Below, piece after piece: positions 19,091 through 27,842 of a DNA stretch of 64,000 bases. The DNA lies in IMG/VR virus record IMGVR_UViG_3300033141_000124, positions 46,544 to 110,543 of that record; one strand, written 5' to 3'. Source of the DNA: a virus. The notes under the pieces were generated by a model that was not told the origin of the DNA, made no database searches, and saw only the letters and a program-made list of their open reading frames with translations. Positions within the stretch are counted from its first letter, which is position 1; every line of letters starts with the position of its first letter. A program made the translations under genes and the position numbers.

Positions 19091-19916
19091 AGTACAACAA
19101 ACCAAAACTTTAGTTACAAAACCCAATAACAATAGTGCAAACTGCATAGCTCCCAACTTAATCTATGGTTGCTTTGGTGGCTGTGTAGACACTTATTGTT
19201 ATATGTCCAGGTATAATGGGCGTAGAGTATTTGTAAATAAGAATGTAGATGACATATTTAAGTCTGTTGTTGAATGGGAAAAGACATATATCAAAGAACC
19301 AGACCAACAAGACCCTATATATACTATGGTAGATATTGCATGTAACTCAGACTTAGTTCTGATGCAGAAACATATGCCTGAATCTTTACATGACTATTTA
19401 AAGCGTTATGATGACCATCCACAACTTAACAGTACTATGGCTACAAAGTATCCAAGTCTTCTTAAACTGGATGTAAATCACTTTAACAAGGCTCCTAGAG
19501 TCAGAGTAAGCCTCATGCCCCAGGTTTACTCTAATATATTAGAACCTAAGATGCAAAAGATATCTAGTAGAATAAAAGATATTAATAGACTAAAGAACTT
19601 AGGCTGGGAAGTACACTGTAATTATAGTCCATTAGTCTTCTATCCAGGTTGGAAAGAAGAGTATAATGACCTATTTGCTGAAGTAAATGCATATGCAGGA
19701 GTAAATAAGTGTGAAGTTATAGCTTTAACTAATCATAAAAATCAAATGGCTAAGGCAACACCAGAAGCCCAGGAACTAATGAGACGTTCTTATGAAGTAA
19801 AGAATGCGTCAGGAGTTATGAGATATCCTTTAAAACACAAAACTAGATTGCTAGCAGAGTTTAAAGAGATATATAAACAATATTTTCCATTAAATACAAT
19901 AAGATATATATTTTAA
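19083..19916 (+). CDS. Spore photoproduct lyase-like radical SAM protein
   Basis: GCFGGCVDTYCY cluster motif; IACNSD (SplB CTSD-like), ATKY, RVRVSL. Confidence 0.85.
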   Translation: MIKVQQTKTLVTKPNNNSANCIAPNLIYGCFGGCVDTYCYMSRYNGRRVFVNKNVDDIFKSVVEWEKTYIKEPDQQDPIYTMVDIACNSDLVLMQKHMPESLHDYLKRYDDHPQLNSTMATKYPSLLKLDVNHFNKAPRVRVSLMPQVYSNILEPKMQKISSRIKDINRLKNLGWEVHCNYSPLVFYPGWKEEYNDLFAEVNAYAGVNKCEVIALTNHKNQMAKATPEAQELMRRSYEVKNASGVMRYPLKHKTRLLAEFKEIYKQYFPLNTIRYIF

Positions 19917-19948
19917 TTTGCTGAGTCAGCATTTTTTTATTATATTTA
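19917..19948 (+). promoter_or_regulatory. Candidate Bacteroidota sigma-A promoter with embedded palindrome
   Basis: TTTG-N20-TATATTTA; overlaps the TGCTGAgTCAGCA inverted repeat. Confidence 0.55.
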
Positions 19949-19970
19949 CACTTTAAAAGTTTAAACAATT

Positions 19971-20867
19971 ATGGGACATTCAAAACCAATAGAAACAACC
20001 AGGTGGCATCTAGAAAATGCACCTTTACCTAACCACGGTAATACTTACACTGTAGTACCACATAGTGAAGTTATAGCTAATACTTTTAAATTATTAGCTG
20101 ATAGCGGATTTATGGTAACTAGAGAGATATATAGAGCTAGCAAGAATGCAAGTGTAGCTCAAGGGGTATATCATATATACCCTGAACAAACAACTGATAT
20201 AGATATAGAGAATGAAAAGGAACTAGGAATGATGTTTGCCTGGACAAACTCTTATGATAAGTCTAAAAGCTTTGTGTGTGCAATTGGTGCATATGTACAA
20301 GTTTGTTATAATGGTATGTTATGTGGAGACATGATGAACTACAAAAGAAAGCATAGATGGTCAGCATCCAGAGATATCTATATGCATATGTCAGATCAGA
20401 TTAAGAATGGTGAGAAATATTATAAGAGATTAATAAAGGATAAAGAGTCTATGAAGAACGTTAACCTAAGCTTCAGAGAACAAGCTGAGCTTGCAGGACG
20501 TTTGTTTATACAAGAACAATTAGTCAATACTCATCAGTTAGCATGCATAAAGAGGGAATTAGAAAAGCCGTCATATGATTATAATTGCTCTAGAGAAACT
20601 GCTTGGGCCTTTTATAATAACGTAACCCATGCACTAAAGCAAACTCACCCACGTGAGTGGCTTAATGACCAACAGAACTTTCATGATTTCTTTACAGTAG
20701 AGCTACAGGGATCACCTGCTAGCAAACAAATGTTTGAGAAACCTCAAGAGTATGAAGACTTAGGGGATCCGTCACAGATTATTGTAGATGAGCATGCAGA
20801 TATGATAGTTGAAGTCAATGAGGAGACACTACAGATGGACATAGACTTTGAAGAGATAGAGATATGA
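19971..20867 (+). CDS. DUF932-like protein
   Basis: YTVVPH, NSYDKSKS, VCYNGML, KRKH, TAWAFYNNVT. Confidence 0.75.
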   Translation: MGHSKPIETTRWHLENAPLPNHGNTYTVVPHSEVIANTFKLLADSGFMVTREIYRASKNASVAQGVYHIYPEQTTDIDIENEKELGMMFAWTNSYDKSKSFVCAIGAYVQVCYNGMLCGDMMNYKRKHRWSASRDIYMHMSDQIKNGEKYYKRLIKDKESMKNVNLSFREQAELAGRLFIQEQLVNTHQLACIKRELEKPSYDYNCSRETAWAFYNNVTHALKQTHPREWLNDQQNFHDFFTVELQGSPASKQMFEKPQEYEDLGDPSQIIVDEHADMIVEVNEETLQMDIDFEEIEI

Positions 20868-20941
20868 TTAAGATGCTAGCCCTTAGTGTATTAATGTTAT
20901 TGCTTTTATATATAACCATATATGATAAATTAGATAATTAG
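20864..20941 (+). CDS. Unannotated 25-aa hydrophobic peptide
   Basis: MIKMLALSVLMLLLLYITIYDKLDN*; ATGA overlap with the upstream stop. Confidence 0.45.
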   Translation: MIKMLALSVLMLLLLYITIYDKLDN

Positions 20942-20989
20942 GAGAAACCAGCTGGGGTCAAGTTTTTTGCATTCTTGGCCCCACTCCTA
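20939..20989 (+). other. GC-rich intergenic stem-loop
   Basis: TAGGAG..TGGGGTCAAG-loop-CTTGGCCCCA-CTCCTA. Confidence 0.5.
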
Positions 20990-21015
20990 TATTGTCCTTC
21001 TAAAAATAGAGTAAC

Positions 21016-21207
21016 ATGAGAAAATTTATTGAATTTGCATTGATATGGTACAGTCAACAGATGGCTATACCGTTTTGGATTGTTGGTCATATCCACTTAT
21101 CCGTTAATATATATAAAGATATACATGAGATAGTGATTAGCATGGGTCTTAACTTGCTCGTACTAACCGGATTCTTAATAGATTATAATAAAAATAAAGA
21201 CAAATGA
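21016..21207 (+). CDS. Small membrane protein
   Basis: Two hydrophobic segments in 63 aa. Confidence 0.65.
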   Translation: MRKFIEFALIWYSQQMAIPFWIVGHIHLSVNIYKDIHEIVISMGLNLLVLTGFLIDYNKNKDK

Positions 21208-21488
21208 ACGCAAAAGAAAGAAAAGAAAGGCCAGTGTTTACTGGTGTATTGAAGTACTTTCCTGATGCTATAATGGAAGTGGCTCGTGTATCACTTGCAG
21301 GAAACAAACAACATCATCCTGACAAGCCTCTACATTGGGATCGTAGTAAATCAACTGATGACTATGATGCTTTAGCTAGACACCTGATAGATGCAGGAAA
21401 AATAGATGATGATGGAATTCGTCACACTGCAAAATGTGCATGGCGTGCATTAGCTTGCTTACAAAAAGAAATAGAAAATGGAAAATAA
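21204..21488 (+). CDS. DUF5664 / dATP-dGTP diphosphohydrolase-like protein
   Basis: FPDAIMEVARVS..GNKQH...W....DALARHL...H.AKCAWRALA. Confidence 0.7.
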   Translation: MNAKERKERPVFTGVLKYFPDAIMEVARVSLAGNKQHHPDKPLHWDRSKSTDDYDALARHLIDAGKIDDDGIRHTAKCAWRALACLQKEIENGK

Positions 21489-21714
21489 AAAAATAATTAA
21501 ATATTGTATATGGACAGCATTATATCTAATAGTACTGTTTCATTTATTAAGTTGTAAACCAACTGTATATAATCCAGATACGGATCCTGAAGTTTTAGAT
21601 TGGTATATAGATAACAATGATACTATTATATATACTAAACAGGATTCTATTAGAGATGAACGTGAAAGGTGGGAGTATATTAGAAGCCTTGAACATGACA
21701 GCTTGTGGGAATGA
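21478..21714 (+). CDS. Putative lipoprotein
   Basis: Basic N-terminus, hydrophobic stretch, LLSC lipobox. Confidence 0.6.
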   Translation: MENKKIIKYCIWTALYLIVLFHLLSCKPTVYNPDTDPEVLDWYIDNNDTIIYTKQDSIRDERERWEYIRSLEHDSLWE

Positions 21715-21893
21715 GATACTTTAGTGTTTGGTACATACCATATAATAAATTACTTAATGATGATCCACAGTATTACACCAAATGGATGGCTGTAATGGCT
21801 GATAATAAAGGAGATGCTAAACAAATGGGAAGACAAGATGGTCTTGTTACCAAAGTTGAGCTATTAAATAAAAATAAAAAAACTATATTCTAA
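21705..21893 (+). CDS. Hypothetical protein
   Basis: 62-aa ORF, last gene of the + strand block. Confidence 0.55.
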   Translation: MGMRYFSVWYIPYNKLLNDDPQYYTKWMAVMADNKGDAKQMGRQDGLVTKVELLNKNKKTIF

Positions 21894-21907
21894 AGCTAGG
21901 AAATTTA

Positions 21908-21969
21908 TATAAGGGAGGGTTGGCGTATTGCCACTAATAATAATATTAGATGTTTTTGCCCTTCCTTAT
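21908..21969. terminator. Branched stem-loop at the convergence of the two genome arms
   Basis: ATAAGGGAGGGT...GCCCTTCCTTAT closing stem with two inner hairpins. Confidence 0.55.
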
Positions 21970-22389
21970 TTATTTCCAGAATATACCACCTACAACATCA
22001 CCTGCTCCTATTGCACCAGTATTACCATCAGCAGATCCTGTAGTTATATTCATACCTAATCCTAATTTAAATTGAAAACCAACTTCTAAAGATAGATCTA
22101 AATAACTATCTGCTGCTATACAGAAGATTGCTACAGGAATATCTGAATTAACAGGGGCTGTAGCTTTATCAAATAATCTTATAAACATATCAGAACTAGT
22201 ACTATTATGAAGGTTTATAGCATATACACTACCTCCACCTTTTTTAATAAAATCCAGATTGGTTCCAGCTGATGAAAGTACTTTATGTATTGATAGTCCT
22301 CCAAACCCATATTGATTTGGAACTGACATAGCTTTAGGATACTCAGCATTTAGACTTGATGACTCTGCGTTATTAAATTTTACTCCCAT
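21970..22389 (-). CDS. Putative virion/tail accessory beta-sandwich protein
   Basis: Downstream of the tail fibre; beta-rich, Gly-rich C-terminus. Confidence 0.6.
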   Translation of the reverse strand: MGVKFNNAESSSLNAEYPKAMSVPNQYGFGGLSIHKVLSSAGTNLDFIKKGGGSVYAINLHNSTSSDMFIRLFDKATAPVNSDIPVAIFCIAADSYLDLSLEVGFQFKLGLGMNITTGSADGNTGAIGAGDVVGGIFWK

Positions 22390-22421
22390 TTTATTTATTT
22401 TTATTTATTAATTTATATATA

Positions 22422-25400
22422 CTATGCATACATAGTAACTGCTATTGCAAAAGTTTGTGTACCGTTCTGAGTAGCATTATCCTTATCTATTACTGACATT
22501 TGAAATCCTGTTGTAGTATGGTTTCTAGTTACTGCTTGAAGCATTTTACTACCCATACTAAGCATAACAACTGGTTGAACTAAATAGTTTGCACTAGGTC
22601 TTGTTTGATTAAAAGTTACTGTATATAATCCGGTTCCTGAGTTATAAGATACTGAATTGTTTCCAGTAAAGATAGACTGACCTTGGTTAATTATACCACT
22701 AGTACCACATGAGAAATAATCACTTGGTCCTGGGTCAGATACTACTAAGTTTTTAACTTCAGTATATTTAACTGTATTAGAATCACTTACATCTTGGAAT
22801 AATACTAAATCATTTTTATCAGGAACTAAACCTGATGCACTTGTTGCAGATTGAATAATAGAATCTGTTCCTACGTAATCTACAGCTATATTAGTTGCAT
22901 TAGCTTGTAAACCTGCTCCCGCTCCTACATTAAGTGTTAATGATCCCGTAGTTCCACCACCTGCTTCTGAACATCCAGTTCCTGCAGTTAGACTTGTTAC
23001 TACTGGTAATGCACTAATAGCTGTTCTCTTAACTGCATTAGTATCACTAGCATCATTGAATAGTACCTCATCTGATGCATCTGCAGTACCTGCTCCTGGA
23101 ACTTTTATTAAGTTATCCGCTCCTGTAAACTTAACACCTATAGTAGGGTTAACTGTACTAGATCCAGATTCTATTTCTAATGCTTCACCTGCTGTAATAG
23201 ATGTAACCGTACCCGCTGGAGGTGCTGTTCCTGGAGTAATTGCTGTAATATGTCCAGTTGCGTTATATGTTATAGATGCAGGATATGCTGCTGTAGCAGC
23301 TGTAATAGAATCAGTATGGTTAATTGTAACTGTGTTAGTAGTTTGAGGTCCTGGTCCTGATGATGTCTCACTAATTACTGATGATAAACCTGTTCCACCA
23401 GCAATATCAAAATTCTCATCTGTATTTACTACAGTTGCTGATCCTGAATCTGCTTGTAATGTAAAGCCATTATAGAATCCAGGCAGTAAATAAATCTGTT
23501 GTTTCTTAAGTGTGTTAGAATCTGAAGTATCACTAACCATGACCCAGTCAGTAGTTGCCACATTTGATTCTGTTGGTTGTGTTAGTATAAGGTTATTAGT
23601 ACCTACATTATCTACACCTATTGTTATAGTACTACTAGTAGCTGTATCTATAGTAAGACCACCCTGTGCAGATGTTTTTGCAGCTACATTTAATGTACTA
23701 CCTAAATTAATTACTTGTGGATTACTTGAATCTGTTACAGTAAAACTACCTGCAGCCATAAATTCTGGTATAGTATTCTTCTTAATAGTATTAGAATCAC
23801 TTGTATCACTAAACCATATGTAATCTTGATCTGTTGGAGATGCAGTACCTGCTTCTAATATAGCATTATCAGTACCAGCGTAATCTATATTAACAGTTGG
23901 ATTACTTGCTGTACCTGTTACATTTATACCTGTTCCTGCACTAACGGTAGTACTACCACCACCTCCAGCTGGAACTTGCCATGTACCATCAGCTCTTAAG
24001 AATGTAGTTGATTGATTTGATGCTGATGAGTCTGGAACATATCCTACTACATTACCACCACCAAACTTATTTAAACTAAGGTTAAGGTTACTTCCAGAAA
24101 TACTTCCTGCAAAAGGAGTTGTATTTCCTGTAGTTAATGATAAGTTTAATGTTGTTAAATTATTAAATGGTAAACTAGATACTAATGATTTCTTTACAGT
24201 ATTACTATCATTTATATCAGAGAAAAGAATAAAGTCATCAGTAGCTGGTGTGCCTGCAGTTTGCACTTCTATAAAGTTATTTGTACCGGCTATATCTAAA
24301 GCTATTGCTGCAGTATTAGGAGCACCACCTGCTACACTAAAGTCTAAACCAGCTTGTCCCACAAAGTTTATAATTTCTCCACCAGTTATTTGTTGTATTG
24401 TACCACCATCTCCTTGAATACCAAAACTATCTGATCTAAGAATATCTTGAATAAGTGCACGTTTTACTGTATTACTATCACTAACATCATTAAATGCTAT
24501 ACTATCTGTAGCAATATTTAATGCTGAAGAAGCTGCTTCTAATATAAAGTTATCAGCCCCAACATAATCTACAGCTACTGTAGTTGTTGGTCCTGATCCA
24601 TTTGTTACTGTAATACCTGGGCCTTCTTGTATTGTAGATATTGTACCAGTTCCTGCAGCAATCCAATTAGTACCACTACCAGTAGAACTTAATACTTGTC
24701 CAGCATTACCAATGTCATTACTACTATCATAGTATCCGCCAGTTACTCTTATATTACCATCAACATGTAATTTTTGTGTTGGTGTTACACCGTTTATACC
24801 TACACCACCAGCTTCTATTCTTATTGGTGTACTTGTTGTACCATTGATAGTTTGTAAAAATTCTAATTTAGAAGCACCTTGACCAGTACCACTTACACCA
24901 GTTTGTCTAATTTCATTTTTTATACCTGCTTGACCAACTTCATCAAAAAGCATAATTTGTGCAGTTATATCACCTGCATCATTATTGTTAGAATCAATTT
25001 TTATTACAGTTGGTCTATCTTGAGGATTTTTTATAGATAATGAAGTATGTGCTGTTGATTGTTGAGGGAGCCCTATAGCTAAACAATCATCTGAGTTATG
25101 CCAAAATAAGTTTGCATCACTAGAGATTGTATCAGTGGCTGACCAGAAAGCAACTCTTGTTGCTACACCTGTACCTGTTACAAAACTAAGGCTTGATGCT
25201 AAGTCTCCAAGTTTAATATATTTATTACTATCAGCTGAATCATCATATATCATTAATCTATCAGATACAGTTGCATTTGCTCCAAGGTTATCTAGAGTAA
25301 GTATGGTAGTACCAATTACTATATCACTACCTGTAGAAACTACATTTGATCCAAGTAAATTACCAGTAGCACTAGCCCCTATACTTTTATAACCTACACT

Positions 25401-26057
25401 TGTACCATCTGATATAATTAATTGACCAGCTGATCCTGGTGGTAAAGGCTGTTGTATATTTTGAGCATTACCTACCCAGATGTTACCAAATGGAAGAGCT
25501 ACTACTGGGTCATCATCTGACCATACAACTCTACCATCAGCTAAAGATCTTAGTACTCTGTTAGCAGCACCTGCTGCTTGACCAGCAGAATCATGAATTT
25601 TATTAAACAGTGATGTAGCATTTCCTGTGTCACCTGACGTACCTAATTCAACATTTAATTTTAATACACTATTCCTTTCAACCTGTAAGTTTTCATCAAC
25701 TCTTAAGTTTCCATTGACTATTATTGAATCACCAGTGGCATTCTGGATCATGATACTATCCTTTATAGATGTATTCAAAGTAGCACATACACCAGAAGGA
25801 TCTGAGTACATAGGAATTCTGAACTTTGTTGCAGAACTATCTGGGTCTTGCATTACTACACCAAATAATAAATCACATCTGAGGTCACCCCACTTAATAA
25901 TGAATGGCTCACCTTTAGGATTATAAGCCGCTCCTGTATTGAGAAAACTATTAGAATAGATCTTAGCAAATTCAAACCAATCTCTCTTCTTATCTAGTTT
26001 TACTTGTTTTTTATTTCTTTTTAGTAGGCCTAATACCTCTTGTAAGTAAACACTCAT
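22422..26057 (-). CDS. Tail fibre protein with internal repeats
   Basis: G/S/T-rich 1211 aa; GGVGINGVTPTQKLHVDGNIRV, TTFLRADGTW; repeated F.D.SDSN..K modules; C-terminal GLYTVTF domain. Confidence 0.85.
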   Translation of the reverse strand: MSVYLQEVLGLLKRNKKQVKLDKKRDWFEFAKIYSNSFLNTGAAYNPKGEPFIIKWGDLRCDLLFGVVMQDPDSSATKFRIPMYSDPSGVCATLNTSIKDSIMIQNATGDSIIVNGNLRVDENLQVERNSVLKLNVELGTSGDTGNATSLFNKIHDSAGQAAGAANRVLRSLADGRVVWSDDDPVVALPFGNIWVGNAQNIQQPLPPGSAGQLIISDGTSVGYKSIGASATGNLLGSNVVSTGSDIVIGTTILTLDNLGANATVSDRLMIYDDSADSNKYIKLGDLASSLSFVTGTGVATRVAFWSATDTISSDANLFWHNSDDCLAIGLPQQSTAHTSLSIKNPQDRPTVIKIDSNNNDAGDITAQIMLFDEVGQAGIKNEIRQTGVSGTGQGASKLEFLQTINGTTSTPIRIEAGGVGINGVTPTQKLHVDGNIRVTGGYYDSSNDIGNAGQVLSSTGSGTNWIAAGTGTISTIQEGPGITVTNGSGPTTTVAVDYVGADNFILEAASSALNIATDSIAFNDVSDSNTVKRALIQDILRSDSFGIQGDGGTIQQITGGEIINFVGQAGLDFSVAGGAPNTAAIALDIAGTNNFIEVQTAGTPATDDFILFSDINDSNTVKKSLVSSLPFNNLTTLNLSLTTGNTTPFAGSISGSNLNLSLNKFGGGNVVGYVPDSSASNQSTTFLRADGTWQVPAGGGGSTTVSAGTGINVTGTASNPTVNIDYAGTDNAILEAGTASPTDQDYIWFSDTSDSNTIKKNTIPEFMAAGSFTVTDSSNPQVINLGSTLNVAAKTSAQGGLTIDTATSSTITIGVDNVGTNNLILTQPTESNVATTDWVMVSDTSDSNTLKKQQIYLLPGFYNGFTLQADSGSATVVNTDENFDIAGGTGLSSVISETSSGPGPQTTNTVTINHTDSITAATAAYPASITYNATGHITAITPGTAPPAGTVTSITAGEALEIESGSSTVNPTIGVKFTGADNLIKVPGAGTADASDEVLFNDASDTNAVKRTAISALPVVTSLTAGTGCSEAGGGTTGSLTLNVGAGAGLQANATNIAVDYVGTDSIIQSATSASGLVPDKNDLVLFQDVSDSNTVKYTEVKNLVVSDPGPSDYFSCGTSGIINQGQSIFTGNNSVSYNSGTGLYTVTFNQTRPSANYLVQPVVMLSMGSKMLQAVTRNHTTTGFQMSVIDKDNATQNGTQTFAIAVTMYA

Positions 26058-26068
26058 GATTTATTTTT

Positions 26069-26413
26069 TTATAAGTAAAGTGCTGCAAGTTTTATGCTAG
26101 CTTGCACTGAACATGTTATTGTTATATTTCCATCAGCATCATTAAAAGCATCAACTTCAAATGGCCCTAAAAAGCCAATCTCTCCTGCAGCTAAACTTAA
26201 TACTGCATTTTCTTTTTTTAATGTGCCCAGTAGTGGATCTACTACTGTAGTAACTACTGGTACTACTGTAGCTGTCATGGAACCACTGCTTGTATTTTGC
26301 ACCCAAAAAAATTCTTTTGCTGTATTTTTGAGTTTATCTCCTCCTGAAGCTGGTGTTACCGTTGAAGGTTTTATTCCTGCCTGAGTTATTTGTTGTGCTG
26401 TTAATTGTGCCAT
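26069..26413 (-). CDS. Putative structural protein
   Basis: 114-aa beta-rich ORF in the late block; GPF...FND..G. Confidence 0.65.
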   Translation of the reverse strand: MAQLTAQQITQAGIKPSTVTPASGGDKLKNTAKEFFWVQNTSSGSMTATVVPVVTTVVDPLLGTLKKENAVLSLAAGEIGFLGPFEVDAFNDADGNITITCSVQASIKLAALYL

Positions 26414-26424
26414 GATTAAATTTT

Positions 26425-26607
26425 TTAACTATTTCTATATCCATTTTTAAAAGCTGCTGACTGAACAGGTTCTTTAGCTCTTGTGTCTTTCATTTCACAA
26501 ACAATACCTGCTTTTGCCAGCCTTTGTCTCTTTGCTACCTTCTTTGCATTTCTTTTTTGCAATTGCTTTTGATACATAGAGGTAGGATTAAAGTATCCGT
26601 TTTCCAT
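26425..26607 (-). CDS. Small basic protein
   Basis: 60-aa K/R-rich ORF. Confidence 0.6.
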   Translation of the reverse strand: MENGYFNPTSMYQKQLQKRNAKKVAKRQRLAKAGIVCEMKDTRAKEPVQSAAFKNGYRNS

Positions 26608-26612
26608 AATTT

Positions 26613-26699
26613 CTATTTATTAAGTAAATGTGAACCATCACATAATCCATCAGGATTAAGAGTGCTTCCACATGTACATTGCTGTCCTTTATTATTCAT
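26613..26699 (-). CDS. Unannotated 28-aa CDGSH-type Fe-S/metal-binding peptide
   Basis: MNNKGQQCTCGSTLNPDGLCDGSHLLNK*; TAATG coupling to the upstream gene; fills the gap. Confidence 0.8.
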   Translation of the reverse strand: MNNKGQQCTCGSTLNPDGLCDGSHLLNK

Positions 26700-26974
26700 T
26701 ATTTTTTCATTTTTCCTAAAGTTAATGCTAGTCTAGCACGTTGTGCTGTCTTACCACTGCCTTTTGCCTTCTCTCTCAGCCAAGATTTTTTAATTGTACC
26801 ATCAGCTTTCATTGCTCCTGCTCTCTTTGCAGTAGCTTTTAAAGCACCAGGCTTTTTGATTGCACCTTTAATCCAGTTCTTACCAGATTTTTTAGCACCA
26901 CCTTTTTTATAGGATACTACACTCTTAGGCATAGTTCCTTTTTTCTTAGCAGGTTTGATTCTTTTTGCAGGCAT
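26699..26974 (-). CDS. Highly basic small protein (putative DNA-binding virion protein)
   Basis: K-rich; NWIKGAIKKPGAL...RARLALTL; YKKGG. Confidence 0.7.
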   Translation of the reverse strand: MPAKRIKPAKKKGTMPKSVVSYKKGGAKKSGKNWIKGAIKKPGALKATAKRAGAMKADGTIKKSWLREKAKGSGKTAQRARLALTLGKMKK

Positions 26975-26976
26975 AA

Positions 26977-27360
26977 CTATTTCTTTTTTCTTCTTCCTTG
27001 TGCACTTGATCTATTACCAGAGTAAGACTTTCTACCCATAGCTTTCTCCATTCCTTTAGATTCTTTTCTACGTGACTTCATAGATTGTTTTTTCTTACCT
27101 CTATTTCTCATCCCCATAGACTCATCTAATCTAGCATTGTATCCTTGCTTCTTCTTCTTTTTAACTGCACCACCTTTTTTCATTTTCATTTCCTTACCTC
27201 CCATTGCGTACTCCATGACATCACTTACCATTTCCATACCCATATCTGCAAAGTAATCTATTTGCTGACGCTGCATTGATTTAGGACTTACAAATGGATC
27301 ACCATCTCCACTTGTCATTTTAGGTGCACCACCATGTCCGTATAATTTTTTTGTTCCCAT
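26977..27360 (-). CDS. Basic K/M/G-rich small protein
   Basis: YGHGG, YAMGG, MKKGG motifs; K/R-rich C-terminal half. Confidence 0.7.
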   Translation of the reverse strand: MGTKKLYGHGGAPKMTSGDGDPFVSPKSMQRQQIDYFADMGMEMVSDVMEYAMGGKEMKMKKGGAVKKKKKQGYNARLDESMGMRNRGKKKQSMKSRRKESKGMEKAMGRKSYSGNRSSAQGRRKKK

Positions 27361-27375
27361 GACTTTTAATTTTAT

Positions 27376-27840
27376 TTATTTATTACTAATTGACTTGAAT
27401 TTTTCAGCTCCTCGTGAACCAAAATATGCTACATAGACAGTAATCAAAAGTGACTTGAGTAAATCTACCCAGCCAGCATCTATACCAAACTCTATGTTAA
27501 AACCATCTAACAAAATAAATATAACTAATGATACAGTTAAAAATATTAATGTCATTGGTCTTGTGTTTTTACTTAAATATGAATCTGATTGCATGTCTGA
27601 TGCCCATCTCTTAGACACCTCTTGCATCTCAACCATATCCATTTCTAAAAGCTTTAATGCTTTTTCTTTATCTTCTGGTGGTAACACAGCAGGGTCTTCC
27701 TTCTCTATAAGAGATTTAACCATACCAAGTACACCAGCATCTGGAAGTAAATCTCCAGCTACACCTAACAGACTAGGAACTTTCTCAACAAGAAATTTTC
27801 CCACTCTAGTGTCTTTAAATTTTTTCTTTCCTTTGCTCAT
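27376..27840 (-). CDS. Holin (GTA 3TM-holin-like)
   Basis: RWASDMQSDSYLSKNTRP followed by two TM helices and YFGSRGAEK. Confidence 0.75.
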   Translation of the reverse strand: MSKGKKKFKDTRVGKFLVEKVPSLLGVAGDLLPDAGVLGMVKSLIEKEDPAVLPPEDKEKALKLLEMDMVEMQEVSKRWASDMQSDSYLSKNTRPMTLIFLTVSLVIFILLDGFNIEFGIDAGWVDLLKSLLITVYVAYFGSRGAEKFKSISNK

Positions 27841-27842
27841 AA

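Noticed and set aside
21908-21969. Hammerhead ribozyme reading of the three-way junction
   Set aside because: Core CUGANGA and GAAA elements are absent
22422-26057. Tail fibre repeats as DNA-level tandem repeats or an invertible cassette
   Set aside because: Similarity is at protein level only; no recombinase or inverted crossover sites were seen
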